DNA from: an uncultured Candidatus Peribacteria bacterium
Lineage (GTDB): Bacteria; Patescibacteriota; Gracilibacteria; BD1-5; UBA2023
Length of the DNA: 35,931 bases
Reading direction: 5' to 3'
Assembly (NCBI GenBank): GCA_964598195.1
Contig: CAZRBF010000001.1
Span: forward strand, 5,696-41,626
The notes under the pieces were generated by a model. The model did not search any database. It worked only from the letters and a program-made list of their open reading frames with translations, and had not been told where the DNA came from. The translations under genes were made by a program, and so were the position numbers. Positions 9,048-19,512 of the stretch are shown here, piece after piece (within the stretch, counting starts at the first letter, position 1; every line of letters begins with the position of its first letter).

Positions 9048-10373
9048 TTATTGACGACCGATCGAGAAGTACAGAAATCCGTGCTTCCGAGGAGTGTTCA
9101 CGTCTTTGTAGATGTTTCGTCCATCAAAAATAACGGGTTTTTTCATGCGTTTCCTCATCTCATTCAAGTCCATGCCCCGAAATTCCTTCCATTCCGTGAC
9201 GATGATCAGACCATCAACATCTGCCAGAGCTCTCATTGCATCTCGTGCAAATGAAACTGCCGGTTCATCTTTGTAGATCTTCATTCCCTCTTTATAGGCA
9301 ACGGGATCATAGCAGACAGCCGTAGCACCACGCTTGACCAGTTCTCGGATAACACTGGTAGATGGAGCTTCGCGCATGTCGTCAGTGTTTGGCTTGAAAG
9401 CCAACCCCCAGATCGCAAACTTCATGCCAACGATATCACCAAAATGAGTAATCACCTTTTGAGCGAGAACCAACTTTTGGCGCTCATTGACTTCCTCCAC
9501 CGAGTCCAGAATTGGGAGATCTACTCCATATTCATGACCCGTGTGAATGAGGGCTTTGACGTCTTTTGGAAAACAAGACCCACCATAGCCAGGACCTGCA
9601 TGGAGAAAATCCATGCCAATACGTCTATCTGTTCCCATACCTTTTCTGATCGCTGTAATATCGGCACCAGTTTTTTCGCACAGACTTGTAAGCTCGTTTA
9701 TGAAGCTAATTTTGGTTGCGAGCATGGCATTTGCAGCATACTTTGTCAGTTCCGCACTCCGTATGTCCATACTCAGGACTTTGTCACGACCGAAGCCGAA
9801 AGAGTTGTATAACTCCGTCATAACCTCAAGAGCACGACTTGAATCAGTTCCGATAACCACTCGATCTGGTCGCATAAAGTCGTCGATAGCCGCCCCTTCC
9901 TTCAAAAACTCTGGGTTTGAAACGACATCAAAAGAAGCCGGTTCACCGCGTTGGGTAAAAAACGCCGATTCGATTGTTTTTCGAACTTTATCTGCTGTTC
10001 CAACTGGAACAGTCGACTTATCGACCACAACAGTATATCGATTCATATACCGTCCAATATTTTCTGCAGCCGATAAGACATGCGAAAGATCAGCTGACCC
10101 ATCTTCACCTGGCGGAGTGCCTACAGCGATGAATTGCACATCGCCATATTCAGCCGCCAACTGGATGTCTGTCGTAAAAGAAATTCGCCCAGCGATCATA
10201 TTTCTCTTGATGAAATCGTCAAGACCGGGCTCATGGATGGGTATTATTCCCTGGTTCAAGTCTTCGATCTTTTTGGCATCGAGATCCAAACACAAGACAT
10301 TATGTCCCACCTCCGCAAAACAAGCAGCCGTAACAAGTCCGACGTATCCGCTACCAATAACGGTAATTTTCAT
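9048..10373 (-). CDS. ugd: UDP-glucose 6-dehydrogenase
   Basis: Intact 441-aa ORF. N-terminus MKITVIGSGYVGLVTAACFAEVGHNVLCLDLDAKKIEDLNQGIIPIHEPGLDDFI, catalytic region GGSCFPKDV, C-terminal WKEFR. TAA stop. No TGA codons. Confidence 0.95.
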   Translation of the reverse strand: MKITVIGSGYVGLVTAACFAEVGHNVLCLDLDAKKIEDLNQGIIPIHEPGLDDFIKRNMIAGRISFTTDIQLAAEYGDVQFIAVGTPPGEDGSADLSHVLSAAENIGRYMNRYTVVVDKSTVPVGTADKVRKTIESAFFTQRGEPASFDVVSNPEFLKEGAAIDDFMRPDRVVIGTDSSRALEVMTELYNSFGFGRDKVLSMDIRSAELTKYAANAMLATKISFINELTSLCEKTGADITAIRKGMGTDRRIGMDFLHAGPGYGGSCFPKDVKALIHTGHEYGVDLPILDSVEEVNERQKLVLAQKVITHFGDIVGMKFAIWGLAFKPNTDDMREAPSTSVIRELVKRGATAVCYDPVAYKEGMKIYKDEPAVSFARDAMRALADVDGLIIVTEWKEFRGMDLNEMRKRMKKPVIFDGRNIYKDVNTPRKHGFLYFSIGRQ

Positions 10374-10554
10374 AAAAAACCTTTCTTTTTTGATGGATGT
10401 AAATGAACAAGAACCCTCGAATAGTATGGAATTTCTATAAAAGTCAAGTGGGAAACAACTTGCTCACCAAACGGCACCATATCAAGGGGCAAAAAATCTC
10501 CAAAAATCTTTTGCTTATTTTCAGAATGGATTAGAATAGACAATAGATATTTAT

Positions 10555-10974
10555 ATGATAATCCCCACCCCTATGACCACTCCAGAGAACCTGAATGATT
10601 GAGATAATTGCACTCGTTTACCACACAATACTGTATGGAAAATAAGAGAACGAGTTTTTGCTCCAGTATCGAGTGTTTTGAATGAATCGGATGTTAAGTA
10701 CTTAGCCAATATGCGTGCGTTTAGAAAGAAACTAAGCGATTGAGAAATCCCAACTGCAAAAAGTGAGAATGAAAAAAGGACAGGTGAATTTGTTGTTGCG
10801 AGAGAGATGGTTGCTAAACCTAGTCTCAGCTATGAGGCAATAATCACATCACTTAATGATAGAGATGAATTCTTGAGCATGATTGCTCGTTGATATTTCA
10901 AAGATAAAACCGTAGCAATAGCAAATGCTTCTGAAGAAAGAAAGGATGGTGAGCCACATGTAACGTTACGCTAA
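10555..10974 (+). CDS. hypothetical protein (139 aa)
   Basis: ATG 10555 opens a frame through three TGA codons to TAA 10972-10974 (MIIPTPMTTPENLNDGDNCTRLPHNTVWKIRERVF...), followed by a strong terminator. Missing from the standard-code ORF track because every fragment is shorter than 60 aa. Confidence 0.5.
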
Positions 10975-10998
10975 TAATACATCAGAGTATCAATAAAA

Positions 10999-11021
10999 AG
11001 ATCTACCTTCCTGGTAGATCT
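10999..11021. terminator. bidirectional rho-independent terminator
   Basis: agatctacc-ttcct-ggtagatct is a 9-bp stem with A-run upstream and T-run downstream. It sits between convergent genes ending at 10974 (+) and 11044 (-). Confidence 0.75.
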
Positions 11022-11043
11022 TTTTATACAGAATTGTTCAAAT

Positions 11044-12051
11044 TTATTGAGGAGTAAGAACAACATTATTAAAGTTTACATTCGTATTAACAGGTGTTGC
11101 CCAGGTGGCGTCATTTCATCCGAAGAAATTGGAGAATATTACTTTAGTTATATGAGTGGTGTCAGCTTTTCGGAAGGTCACCGCACTGTCGCGAAATACT
11201 TCTTTGTCATCGACATATATAACGATGACCCCGTCATTTACTCCAGGAGTATTGAGCTTGATTGTCTGGCTTACTTTATAGTACTTTCCAGTAGTGAATC
11301 GGAATGATCAACGCCCAAAGCTCTGACCGTATGCTTCTGTCTTGGTTGGAACATATCCGTATACTTCTATATCACCGTTGGTTCTCCACATGAATCGAGT
11401 AGAAAAGTCATCTCCAACGGGTGCTCATCCAGTTGGACAGGTTCCTGTACAGAATCCAAATCCAAACTTTCCACCCTTGTTGAACTTGAAGTTCTTATCA
11501 AACATGACATTAAATGAAATGTTTGCAGAATCAAGGGTTTTTCCTATGCTATAGATGAATCCTCCTCCACCAAGAATAGGACTATTTTCAGGACTATAGC
11601 TTCATGCTGGGAAGAATACTTTTATCCCACCAGAGCTCGTAAGGCTCATGTTTTCTTTTCCCCAAACGCGCTCATAACCAGCAGGAGTTGGTTTATCGAG
11701 AGCAGAGGTGAAAGAAAGGGTTTCTGAAGTATTTGTAGCTCAGAGAACGACTGCTGGAGCAGGGGACTGGGGAACTGTTTTTGAAGATTTTTTCTTGTTG
11801 GCTTTTTTGGTTGAAACAGCAGTTGCTAATGGAGCCTCTTTTTTATTCTTTATCTTATGAGACTTTTCAGCATATGTGATATCAATTTTTCATGAATTCA
11901 GTGTATCTGCTTTTGATGAAGAGGCAAAACAAGAAGTCAGCAGAATGGCTGCCACAGTAAATGAGACCCCTACGACGAGGAATCGTGATAGGGTATTTTT
12001 CTTTGCATGAGATATATTCTCAGGTGATCCTGATAGTTTGGTTGTGTTCAT
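11044..12051 (-). CDS. lipoprotein with polysaccharide-lyase-fold domain (Pfam Polysacc_lyase / PL14-20-like pattern)
   Basis: Hand translation of the minus strand with TGA=Gly gives 335 aa. Signal/lipobox LVVGVSFTVAAILLTSC, a Lys/Ser-rich linker, then FKFNKGGKFGFGFCTG...STRFMWRTNGDIEVYGYVP...YYKVSQTIKLNTPGVNDGVIVIYVDDKEVF...ITKVIFSNFFG(G)NDATWA. TAA at 11044-11046. Six TGA codons. Confidence 0.55.
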
Positions 12052-12081
12052 ATATGGGAGAGTAAAAAAGTAGAAGCATTA

Positions 12082-12909
12082 CTAATTTATGTCATACGGT
12101 GCACCTTTGAGATTTACTGTATCGATTCGGTAATTATCTCCGGTATAACTTGGTCCCCATCTCTTGATGAGATGTGGTGTCTCGTCAGCATTGATATGAA
12201 CAGTATTAGATTGACTCGTGCTCCATGTCGGACTTACTTCTATACTATCAGAATTAATTTTTGTTACCGTGAAGAGACCCCCGGTACTCGTAAACTCTAC
12301 AACGTCTTTTACTCTAAATCCTGTCTCTATTGCGAGCTTTCCACTGAAGGTAAAGACGTTACTTCCACTATTGATAACCCCCGCATAATTATTGGATCAT
12401 AATCTTGGGACATATGTTCCATCTATCAATGACTTCGGACTTCAGCCATTTTCTATGGTTGCAGCCAGTTCATAGTAAGAGCCATTATAATACGTAACTC
12501 CTATCTTGTACGCTGTAGTTGTTTTTGTAGGATCGGAGAAGTTTTCTTGTTTGAGTCAGAGTACATTGTAGTTGACATCACCACCGACATAAGTTCCAGA
12601 GAGTGCCCCATATCACTCTATCCCAGAGAGCCGTATACGACTTCCATTTGCACCAACTGTTGGTCCAGTATTAGTGTGTGTTATAGTGGATCCTGTGCCA
12701 AGTACAAATATATTAACAGGAGACCCTTTGATTATAGAGAGATCTATCGCCTGTTGTATATTTCAGAGATCTGAACTCCGTCGTGAATCTCGGGCATCTG
12801 CGGCCATTCCTTGAAAAGAGAGAAAAGAGACAGTTCCAAGAATCACCAAAATTGTGATGACCACGATTAGTTCCACAAGAGTAAATCCTTTTTGATTTGT
12901 TTGTTTCAT
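12082..12909 (-). CDS. type IV pilin-like protein (prepilin-type N-terminal cleavage/methylation domain)
   Basis: ATG at 12907-12909 (minus). MKQTNQKGFTLVELIVVITILVILGTVSFLSF is the classical G/FTLVE class III signal. The 275-aa frame is joined by five TGA codons and ends at TAG 12082-12084. It lies 30 nt upstream of the lyase-like gene. Confidence 0.8.
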
Positions 12910-13212
12910 AGGCAGGAAGACATGAATTAAAATTGCCACTCATTTTTCTGTGTAAAAAGGAGATGGCTGATTAAAAGTTAACTCGAAATAAATATTTTCG
13001 GTTGAGATCGATTGAGTGTTACACTATACTCAAATATTTTAGTAAATCAAGTACATTTCAAATTTTGATTCTATTGTCCCGTTTCAAATCCGACCAACAG
13101 TTGTGGGATCTAGAAAATCATAAAATTTTTATGTCCTACTGAATAAAAACTTGATTAAATATGAATAATCATTATAAGCTATAGAATATATTACCTAGTT
13201 ACATTATTTACA

Positions 13213-14799
13213 ATGAAGGCTACTGTTAAAAATTCAGAACAGGCAGAGGGTATACCAGTACTTTCGACATACCCGATTTCTTTCCATGCGAAAACAAAAA
13301 TAATCGAAACTCTTCAGGGGGTGTTTAAGGGTAAAAAAATGAGGAGCAATCAATTGTCTATGCAGGGTGCCCACTGATACGGTGGGAAAAAAAGTGTACA
13401 ACGTGAGATTGGAATACTCTTTAAGGGTCCTTTTGAAAATTATGTATCTGCTGCAGATAATTGGGACGAATTTCTTGGGGATTTGTTTACCAGATTACGT
13501 ACGTTCTATACAAAATATTTTGAGGATGCTCAAAAAATAACGGATGAAACGGTTACTGGAGTTGTGTTCAATATAAGACATCCTCGTCTAGACTGTATTA
13601 ATGGAAAAATGGTTGCATTGAAGTATTTTGATGCTATTGAGTGACTTACACGCACATTGATCAAATTAATGGGGAACAATTGCAGATATGATAATACCTT
13701 TTTCTTTCAAGATTTTCATGACAAACATTCTGAGATTGTCACACTTTTTTCAGATCCTGTTTTTGAGTTTTTAGATTTTCGAGTTGAGTTTCATGTGTTC
13801 TTCATGCAGATGATCATGAACTATTTTCTCGAAGAAAATAGTCATAAAATAGTTATTCAGTCACGCAAAATTCAGTTACTTGAGAATGAGGTTGCTCGAT
13901 TAAAGCATGAGAAAAAGCATTCAACCGCGAGTTTGCGTACGGAGACAAAAAATAAAACACAAACTCTTACAACTTCAGCATTACCAGATACACGGTTAGA
14001 TGAGCAAATGGCAGAAAATACTCGATTGTTGTCTATTTTAAGTAAGCTCTGATATAATTTGAACGAACAGGTTTCGCCTGAGGAGTGGATTACCCAGAAG
14101 GAAAAAGAGGCTATACAGTCCAAGGATTATGAGTGGGAATCTATGGCGCTTGAAGAGGCAAATAGATCAAAACTGCTGGAGAAAGATCTTTCTGAAAAAA
14201 GTGCCTATATTGTCTATCTCGAAGATCGGTTAAAGGGATCGCACGAAATGATTGCTGAAAAATATAAGCAAGAGCGGTGGGAAAAGGGGCTTATGGATAT
14301 AGGTGAAATGATGTCATTTCTCGCAAATAATCCAAAAATTGCAAAAAATGCTCTCCCAGATATTATAGAGACTTTTGAACAACTCGTACGTAAGGTTGGT
14401 GGATGAGCTCTTTCGTCGACCGGAAATGCAGATGTGTGAATCTGAAGTGGTCACATGGCAAATATCGTGCTTCTTCCCCTAATCAATTTTATTAAAGAAC
14501 ATCTGAAAAATGGGGATTATGCATATCTGGAACTTTCCTGGAAACAGATAATAGAAAACTATATTCTAGAAGCTGGATGGCATAATAATGAAGGAGATCA
14601 TTCGGTATTTACTGCTCTTTTTAATAATCTGCAAGATATACCAGGAAATATATCCAATATAGATATGATCACTACATGACTACGTACCATTGAAACCAAA
14701 TACCATGCTGATCTGCGATGACTATGTAAAATTATCTGATCAATATTTTTTGAACATATGCAAGTACTTTCGAGAAAACTGAAGAATGTAAAAAGGTAA
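13213..14799 (+). CDS. hypothetical protein (528 aa), central coiled coil, no recognised domain
   Basis: ATG 13213 and ORF fragments 13657..14052, 14059..14406 and 14455..14679 are all in one frame joined by TGA codons. TAA at 14797-14799. Confidence 0.6.
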
Positions 14800-14814
14800 T
14801 AGTCTCACTTTGTA

Positions 14815-14848
14815 AAACACACTCCTTCAAGCTTGAGGGAGTGTGTTT
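14815..14848. terminator. bidirectional hairpin terminator
   Basis: aaacacactcc...ggagtgtgttt is an 11-bp outer stem with an inner tcaag/cttga palindrome. It sits between convergent genes ending at 14799 (+) and 14884 (-). Confidence 0.7.
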
Positions 14849-14883
14849 TATTGCAAGGTTTATGGACAGAATTGAGACTAAGA

Positions 14884-15942
14884 CTACTTCATAACAAAAC
14901 TCACAATCAGTCCGATACTTGAGAGGATCATTCCGATGAGCCAGAAACGCATAACGACGGTTTCCTCGGACCATCCGATGGCTTCGAGGTGGTGGTGAAA
15001 TGGAGCAATTCGGAAGATTTTTTTCCCATTTCTGAGTTTCTTAGATGTGAGCTGAATGATGACCGAACAGATCTCGAGGATGTAGATTCCGGAGATAATA
15101 ATGAGAACAGCGAGTGTATCTGTCATCATAGCCATGATTCCGAGATTGGCTCCGAGCGCGAGAGATCATACGTCACCCATGTAAAATTGCGCGGGTTTTA
15201 TGTTGAACCAGAGAAATGCTATGAGTGCCCCGACGATGAGCATGCAAACTGCCGAGAGGATAAAGAGTCCGTGAGTGTAGGTTATAAAGGCGTAGACAAC
15301 ATAATTGAAGAGGAGGAGTCCACCTGCAAGCCCATCAAGTCCATCAGTTACATTGACCGCATTGGCCATGGCGATGATGACAAATATAAAGAGAGGAATA
15401 TAGAGCGCCCCAAGGCTGACATTTCCGACAAAAGGGAAGTGGAGTCCGGTATGACCGAGCTTGACATAGAACCAGTATGCTCAGATCCCTGCAAATATCA
15501 TAAGAAGTACCATTTTTACACGAGCAGAGAGCCCCTTGGTTCGACCAATCCCGCGAACATTCAGATAATCATCTACGAGTCATATGAGCCCAACAGTAGC
15601 AAGAGTGAAGAGTGCGAGGTAGGTTTCATTTCTGTTCCAGAGACTATATTTTATCTTTATATTGAACATACTTTGTATGTCTGCAGCAAAAAAATGCACC
15701 ACCACAGATAGTGCCACGAGGGAGAATATAGAAACCAGTATAATCCCTGCTCACATAGAAGGAGTTCCTGTTTTATTTTTATGCAGTTTTGCAAACTCGG
15801 TTGCCTTTCCCATGAGCGCCTCTTCGCGTATCTGTTTTCCGAGTTTATACTTGTGAAGAAATCTGATATACGGTGGTATGAGAATAAAAGTGAGAAGGAA
15901 CGAGAGGAGAAGATAGATAAGGAGAAATGAGAGATTTCACAT
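14884..15942 (-). CDS. mraY: phospho-N-acetylmuramoyl-pentapeptide transferase
   Basis: Fragments 14884..15135(-) and 15166..15369(-), plus the upstream stretch to ATG 15940-15942, are one frame joined by TGA codons. Motifs: KTGTPSM(G)AG, LVDDYL, NAVNVTDGLDGLAGG, YMGDV(G)SLALG, APFHHHLEAIGW. TAG stop. Confidence 0.95.
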
Positions 15943-15944
15943 AA

Positions 15945-17099
15945 TTATTGATTGATAAGTATATAAAGTTCACGTACCTCCTGCTTGGTCTCGGCGTCAC
16001 CATTTTTGAAGATATCCTGGATCAAAGCATCATTATTTTTGACGAACTCTCTCAGAAGCTTTTTGTTTTCTGGAGTATCGATATTATCGACTCCAATTTC
16101 TGCACTAAATTTCCCTAACAGTATATTCACATCTTTTTCCATACTACTAAAATCACTGACCAATATTTTTTGTATCTCTTTTACTGTATCGAGGGGCTCT
16201 CCAACATAATCCATATTCATCTGTCCATTGGCTGCCTGATCCCCCTCGGTGAGTATAATTATATTTCCATAATTTATAAAAGCTCCGAATAATCCTGCAT
16301 GTTTTGAATTGATAGTTTTGATCTTTTCGGCATTCATAGACTGGCTGTCTCCAAAAATTCAGAGTTGATTATAGAAGAGAATCTGGCCAGGCAATACGAC
16401 TTTGAAGTCCATTTCTTGGTTGATCATCACATTGAGATAGCTATAAAAAAGTCCAAGCTGGATAATGAGAAGCACAGCATTTATGATCCCAAAAGAAAAG
16501 TAAGCATCTCCCGAGAAAATGTTCTGGATACTACTTACAACAGTAAAAATAGTAATACCTATCAATAAAAATAAAAGCAGTATCGTTTGATTGAAAAAAT
16601 TCACAAAAGCCGCATCGGATTGCTTACTCTTGGCAATCGCAAAATATATATCTTCCACGTATGGCTTATTACCTTGGATGCGACGAAAACGACGAATATA
16701 TATGATAACGATGATGAGCCACCATATGACATTTATAGTGAGTAAGGTTGCAATAATTTCTGTCGTGAGATCTGTCACTGGGTGTGAAAAAACAAGCAGA
16801 TACACATTAGAAATCTCGATCAATATAACAAAAATAACTCGCCAAGATATGAGAATCGAGTATATCCAGTGCTTCTTTATGATCATAAGAAAGCGGGTTC
16901 CATCTTTTTCGAGTTTCTCGAGAAGCTTCGTGTCTCCTGCTATGTCAAATGACTTAAACATCCAGGTGATGATGCGACTGAAATTGATGAACATAGAAGA
17001 GGGGGGTGAGGGGCTATGATTTCGAGTATATGAGTTTTTGGAGATTTGCAAAAAAATGTTTTGGAAAAATCCAGATATCTCTATATACTCGTTACTCAT
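15945..17099 (-). CDS. multi-TM membrane protein with C-terminal bPH (YdbT-like) type domain
   Basis: ORFs 16359..17117(-) and 15945..16337(-) share a frame and are joined by TGA 16359-16361. ATG at 17097-17099 (GTG alternative at 17117). The segment after the TMs, DFKVVLPGQILFYNQL(G)IFGDSQSMNAEKIKTINSKHAGLFGAFINYGNIIILTEGD, resembles a bacterial PH domain. Confidence 0.6.
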
Positions 17100-17140
17100 G
17101 ATTTTTTTACAAGACACTCATTATAATTCAATCTGAAATT

Positions 17141-17485
17141 ATGATTCTGACCACTCAATATCGTGTTGATATTCAAAATATTTCTTTTGAAGTCTTGAAT
17201 TCTGAAGTATTGCTCAGAATTTTTATGCAAAAAATTATTGAGTCTGCTGATTTAACAGTACTTTCTTCGTATTTTCATGCATTTTCACCACAAGGCATTA
17301 CCGGTGTTTTCATACTCTCTGAGTCACATTTCTGTGTGCACACATGGCCAGAAGCTGGATATGCTATTTTTGATCTATTGAGTTGCACAGATGAACAAAA
17401 GACCCTTGGAACTCTCGAGATATTTAAACAAGAATTTTGAGAAGAGAATATTCAAATAAAAGTTCATAGTAATATAGTTGGTTAA
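17141..17485 (+). CDS. speD: S-adenosylmethionine decarboxylase proenzyme (small pyruvoyl class)
   Basis: ILSESHFCVHTWPEAGYAIFDLLSC matches the self-processing ES site and HTWPE motif. The standard-code end TGA 17438-17440 is read through to TAA 17483-17485. Confidence 0.85.
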
Positions 17486-17569
17486 TGTTTGAAATTGGAA
17501 ATATAGAAAATATATTTGCTTTTGGAGAATAAAATTCATATAATGCAGTCATATTCATAATTTTATTGA

Positions 17570-18964
17570 ATGGATACCACAGAAAATACTAAAACAATAG
17601 AAGAACAACTCAAGGAGGTCTACTCTCTCTATTCTCAGGGGGATTATGTTCGTGCAAATGAACTCAATGAGGCCATATTGATAAAGGAGCCTGGAAATAT
17701 GTATGCTGCAAAATACAAATCTATTCTTCAGAAGAAAGTTTCTATTGAGGGAGGATGAAAAAAAGCGTACATAGGATGAACAGCCCTCAAATGTCCGCAT
17801 TGTGAGTCAAAGATTGCTTTTTCTGCACTCAGTGAAGAACAACAAAAAAAGATATCAACCAAAGATATCAATAATCTCCCTATAAAATGCCCGTATTGTC
17901 ATACAGAATTTATCTTGCAAAATAAATCAGAAGCATCGCTTCTTTGACTGAAGATTGGATATACTGGAGTTATTGATGATAAAAAATACAGAATTGTTGG
18001 GTACGTCAAATATGATGGAAAGTGGTCTGAATATATTGATGGTGGAGTGGATAGTAGCGGAAGACTTGAATACCTGGAATGGATGCTACTCGGAGAAGAT
18101 AATAGTTTCCTCTATCTTTCAGAAAGTACCTCTACTTACGCAGGAGAAACAGAGATTGAATTTGAATTATCGGAGAAGATTACCCCTACGTTTGGGCTAG
18201 AAGTACAAGATTTTGTGAAAATAGATGGGAGTATTGTTGCAGATTATGAACTCGATACTGTTACTATTAAGAGTGTTTATGGTGAAAACTCGAAGTCTTA
18301 TGCTATCGGAGAAAAAGTGGAACTTATAAGCTTTGAACGAGGCGGAGTGCAATATGCAGTAGAAAAAGAGTCTTCTCTCCGACAAAAAGAAATTGGCGTG
18401 TATGTATCTCGAATAGTTTCAAAAAAAGAAATATTTTGAGCCTTTGATATAAAAGAAGAGCAGACAGTCTCAGAAAAGAGCCCATGAATGAATTCTGAAT
18501 GAATATTTAAAAACTTCAGTTTTCGCGAAGCAGCTGCAGGTATACTTATCTGACTTGTTGTGGGAATACTTGTATATATGTTTGCTCTCGTAGGGTGAGG
18601 CAAAACTTTAGTCGATGAACATAATCTCGTACTTGGAAAGAGTTATTTTATCGATGGAAAACATACTGATAATCTCGGTACTACAACCTGCAGTGATGAT
18701 GGAGAATCTTGGACTTGCTATAAGTATAGGACGAGAAATGGTTTTGCTTTTTCTGTAAAAGATGAGACAGATAGAACGGGCATATCAAAGCTTAAGGATA
18801 ATATAGGGAACGTTACTGATGCTGAGCTAAAAGATGTATTACAGGGGAAAGTGTATGAGTTCCATGGTGACTATATGGTATATCAACAATTATCATTCTT
18901 ACTCTGGATTATTTTATGAGTATCAGTATTCCTATTTTTTAGTTTGTTTGCAAAAAAAGATTAA
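17570..18964 (+). CDS. TPR-like / Zn-ribbon / DUF4178-domain protein with C-terminal TM segments
   Basis: Fragments 17570..17758, 18047..18439 and onward are one frame joined by seven TGA codons, ending at TAA 18962-18964. Zn ribbon: CPHC...CPYC. DUF4178-like core: KYRIVGYVKYDGKWSEYID...LEYLEWMLLGEDNSFLYLSES. TM segments: AAAGILI(G)LVVGILVYMFALV and FLLWIIL(G)VSVFLFFSLF. Confidence 0.7.
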
Positions 18965-18974
18965 CCTTTTTCCT

Positions 18975-19211
18975 ATGAAAATACTTTTAACCATTCTCGT
19001 CTGCTCTTTTATACCTATAGGGGTTTTATATAGTAGCGTCAATCTATCAACTCCTCCGCCTCTCTCATCCCAGATAGATATGAAAAGTTTCTCTCCGATC
19101 AATCTCCATGGGGATGTGGATACAGGGACTCAAGATGATTCCCCATCAGGATGATCCTCTGGAGGAGTTTGAGGCTCATCCTGGTGATGAGGTTCCTCTG
19201 GGGGAAAATAA
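18975..19211 (+). CDS. small signal-peptide protein with Gly/Ser-rich tail
   Basis: ATG 18975 gives MKILLTILVCSFIPIGVLYSS.... After the standard-code end at TGA 19152-19154 the frame continues as SSGGV(G)GSSW(G)(G)GSSGGK to TAA 19209-19211. Four of the tail glycines are TGA. Confidence 0.45.
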
Positions 19212-19249
19212 TCTTTAAATATTTTTTATCTTTATAATTTTTCTATATT

Positions 19250-19474
19250 ATGGCAGCATCTGGACTTACACTCGAAATTCTTATGAATGAAGTGATTTTG
19301 AGTGTCGTATTTTGTGGTATAGGACTTGCGATTATGTGGGTAGCTTTTTATATTGTGACCTGTAAGGTGAATGTAAAAAAAGAACTCATCGAAGATGAGA
19401 ATATCGCTCTCGCGGTTATGTTTGCTGGTTTTTTCATAGCAGTGGCTATTATAATTGCTGCGGCTATTAAATAA
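19250..19474 (+). CDS. DUF350 (YjfL-like) small membrane protein
   Basis: 74-aa ORF with two hydrophobic helices separated by KKELIEDENIALAVMFAGFFIAVAIIIAAAI, the characteristic DUF350 repeat pattern. TAA stop. Confidence 0.65.
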   Translation: MAASGLTLEILMNEVILSVVFCGIGLAIMWVAFYIVTCKVNVKKELIEDENIALAVMFAGFFIAVAIIIAAAIK

Positions 19475-19512
19475 TTATTTATTTTTAAATCATAACAATT
19501 ACAACTATGTGA

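Noticed and set aside
9613-10440. Long plus-strand ORF (275 aa) overlapping ugd. Similar long antisense ORFs occur at 14989..15711 (over mraY), 2502..3182 (over recG), 19741..20274 (over the SPFH gene) and 455..829.
   Set aside because: They lie antisense to genes with unambiguous family motifs, have low-complexity or odd composition, and have no start context. They are typical shadow ORFs.
11047-12774. Plus-strand ORFs 11047..11307, 11342..11554, 12172..12402 and 12547..12774.
   Set aside because: They are antisense fragments over the lyase-like and pilin-like genes. Those genes read continuously on the minus strand with table 25 and carry clear signal and pilin motifs.
17100-17140. TTTACA (17105-17110) and TATAAT (17122-17127) as a sigma-70 promoter for speD.
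   Set aside because: The spacer is only 11 nt, too short for a functional -35/-10 pair. The TATAAT alone may still serve as a -10 box, but I cannot support a promoter call.
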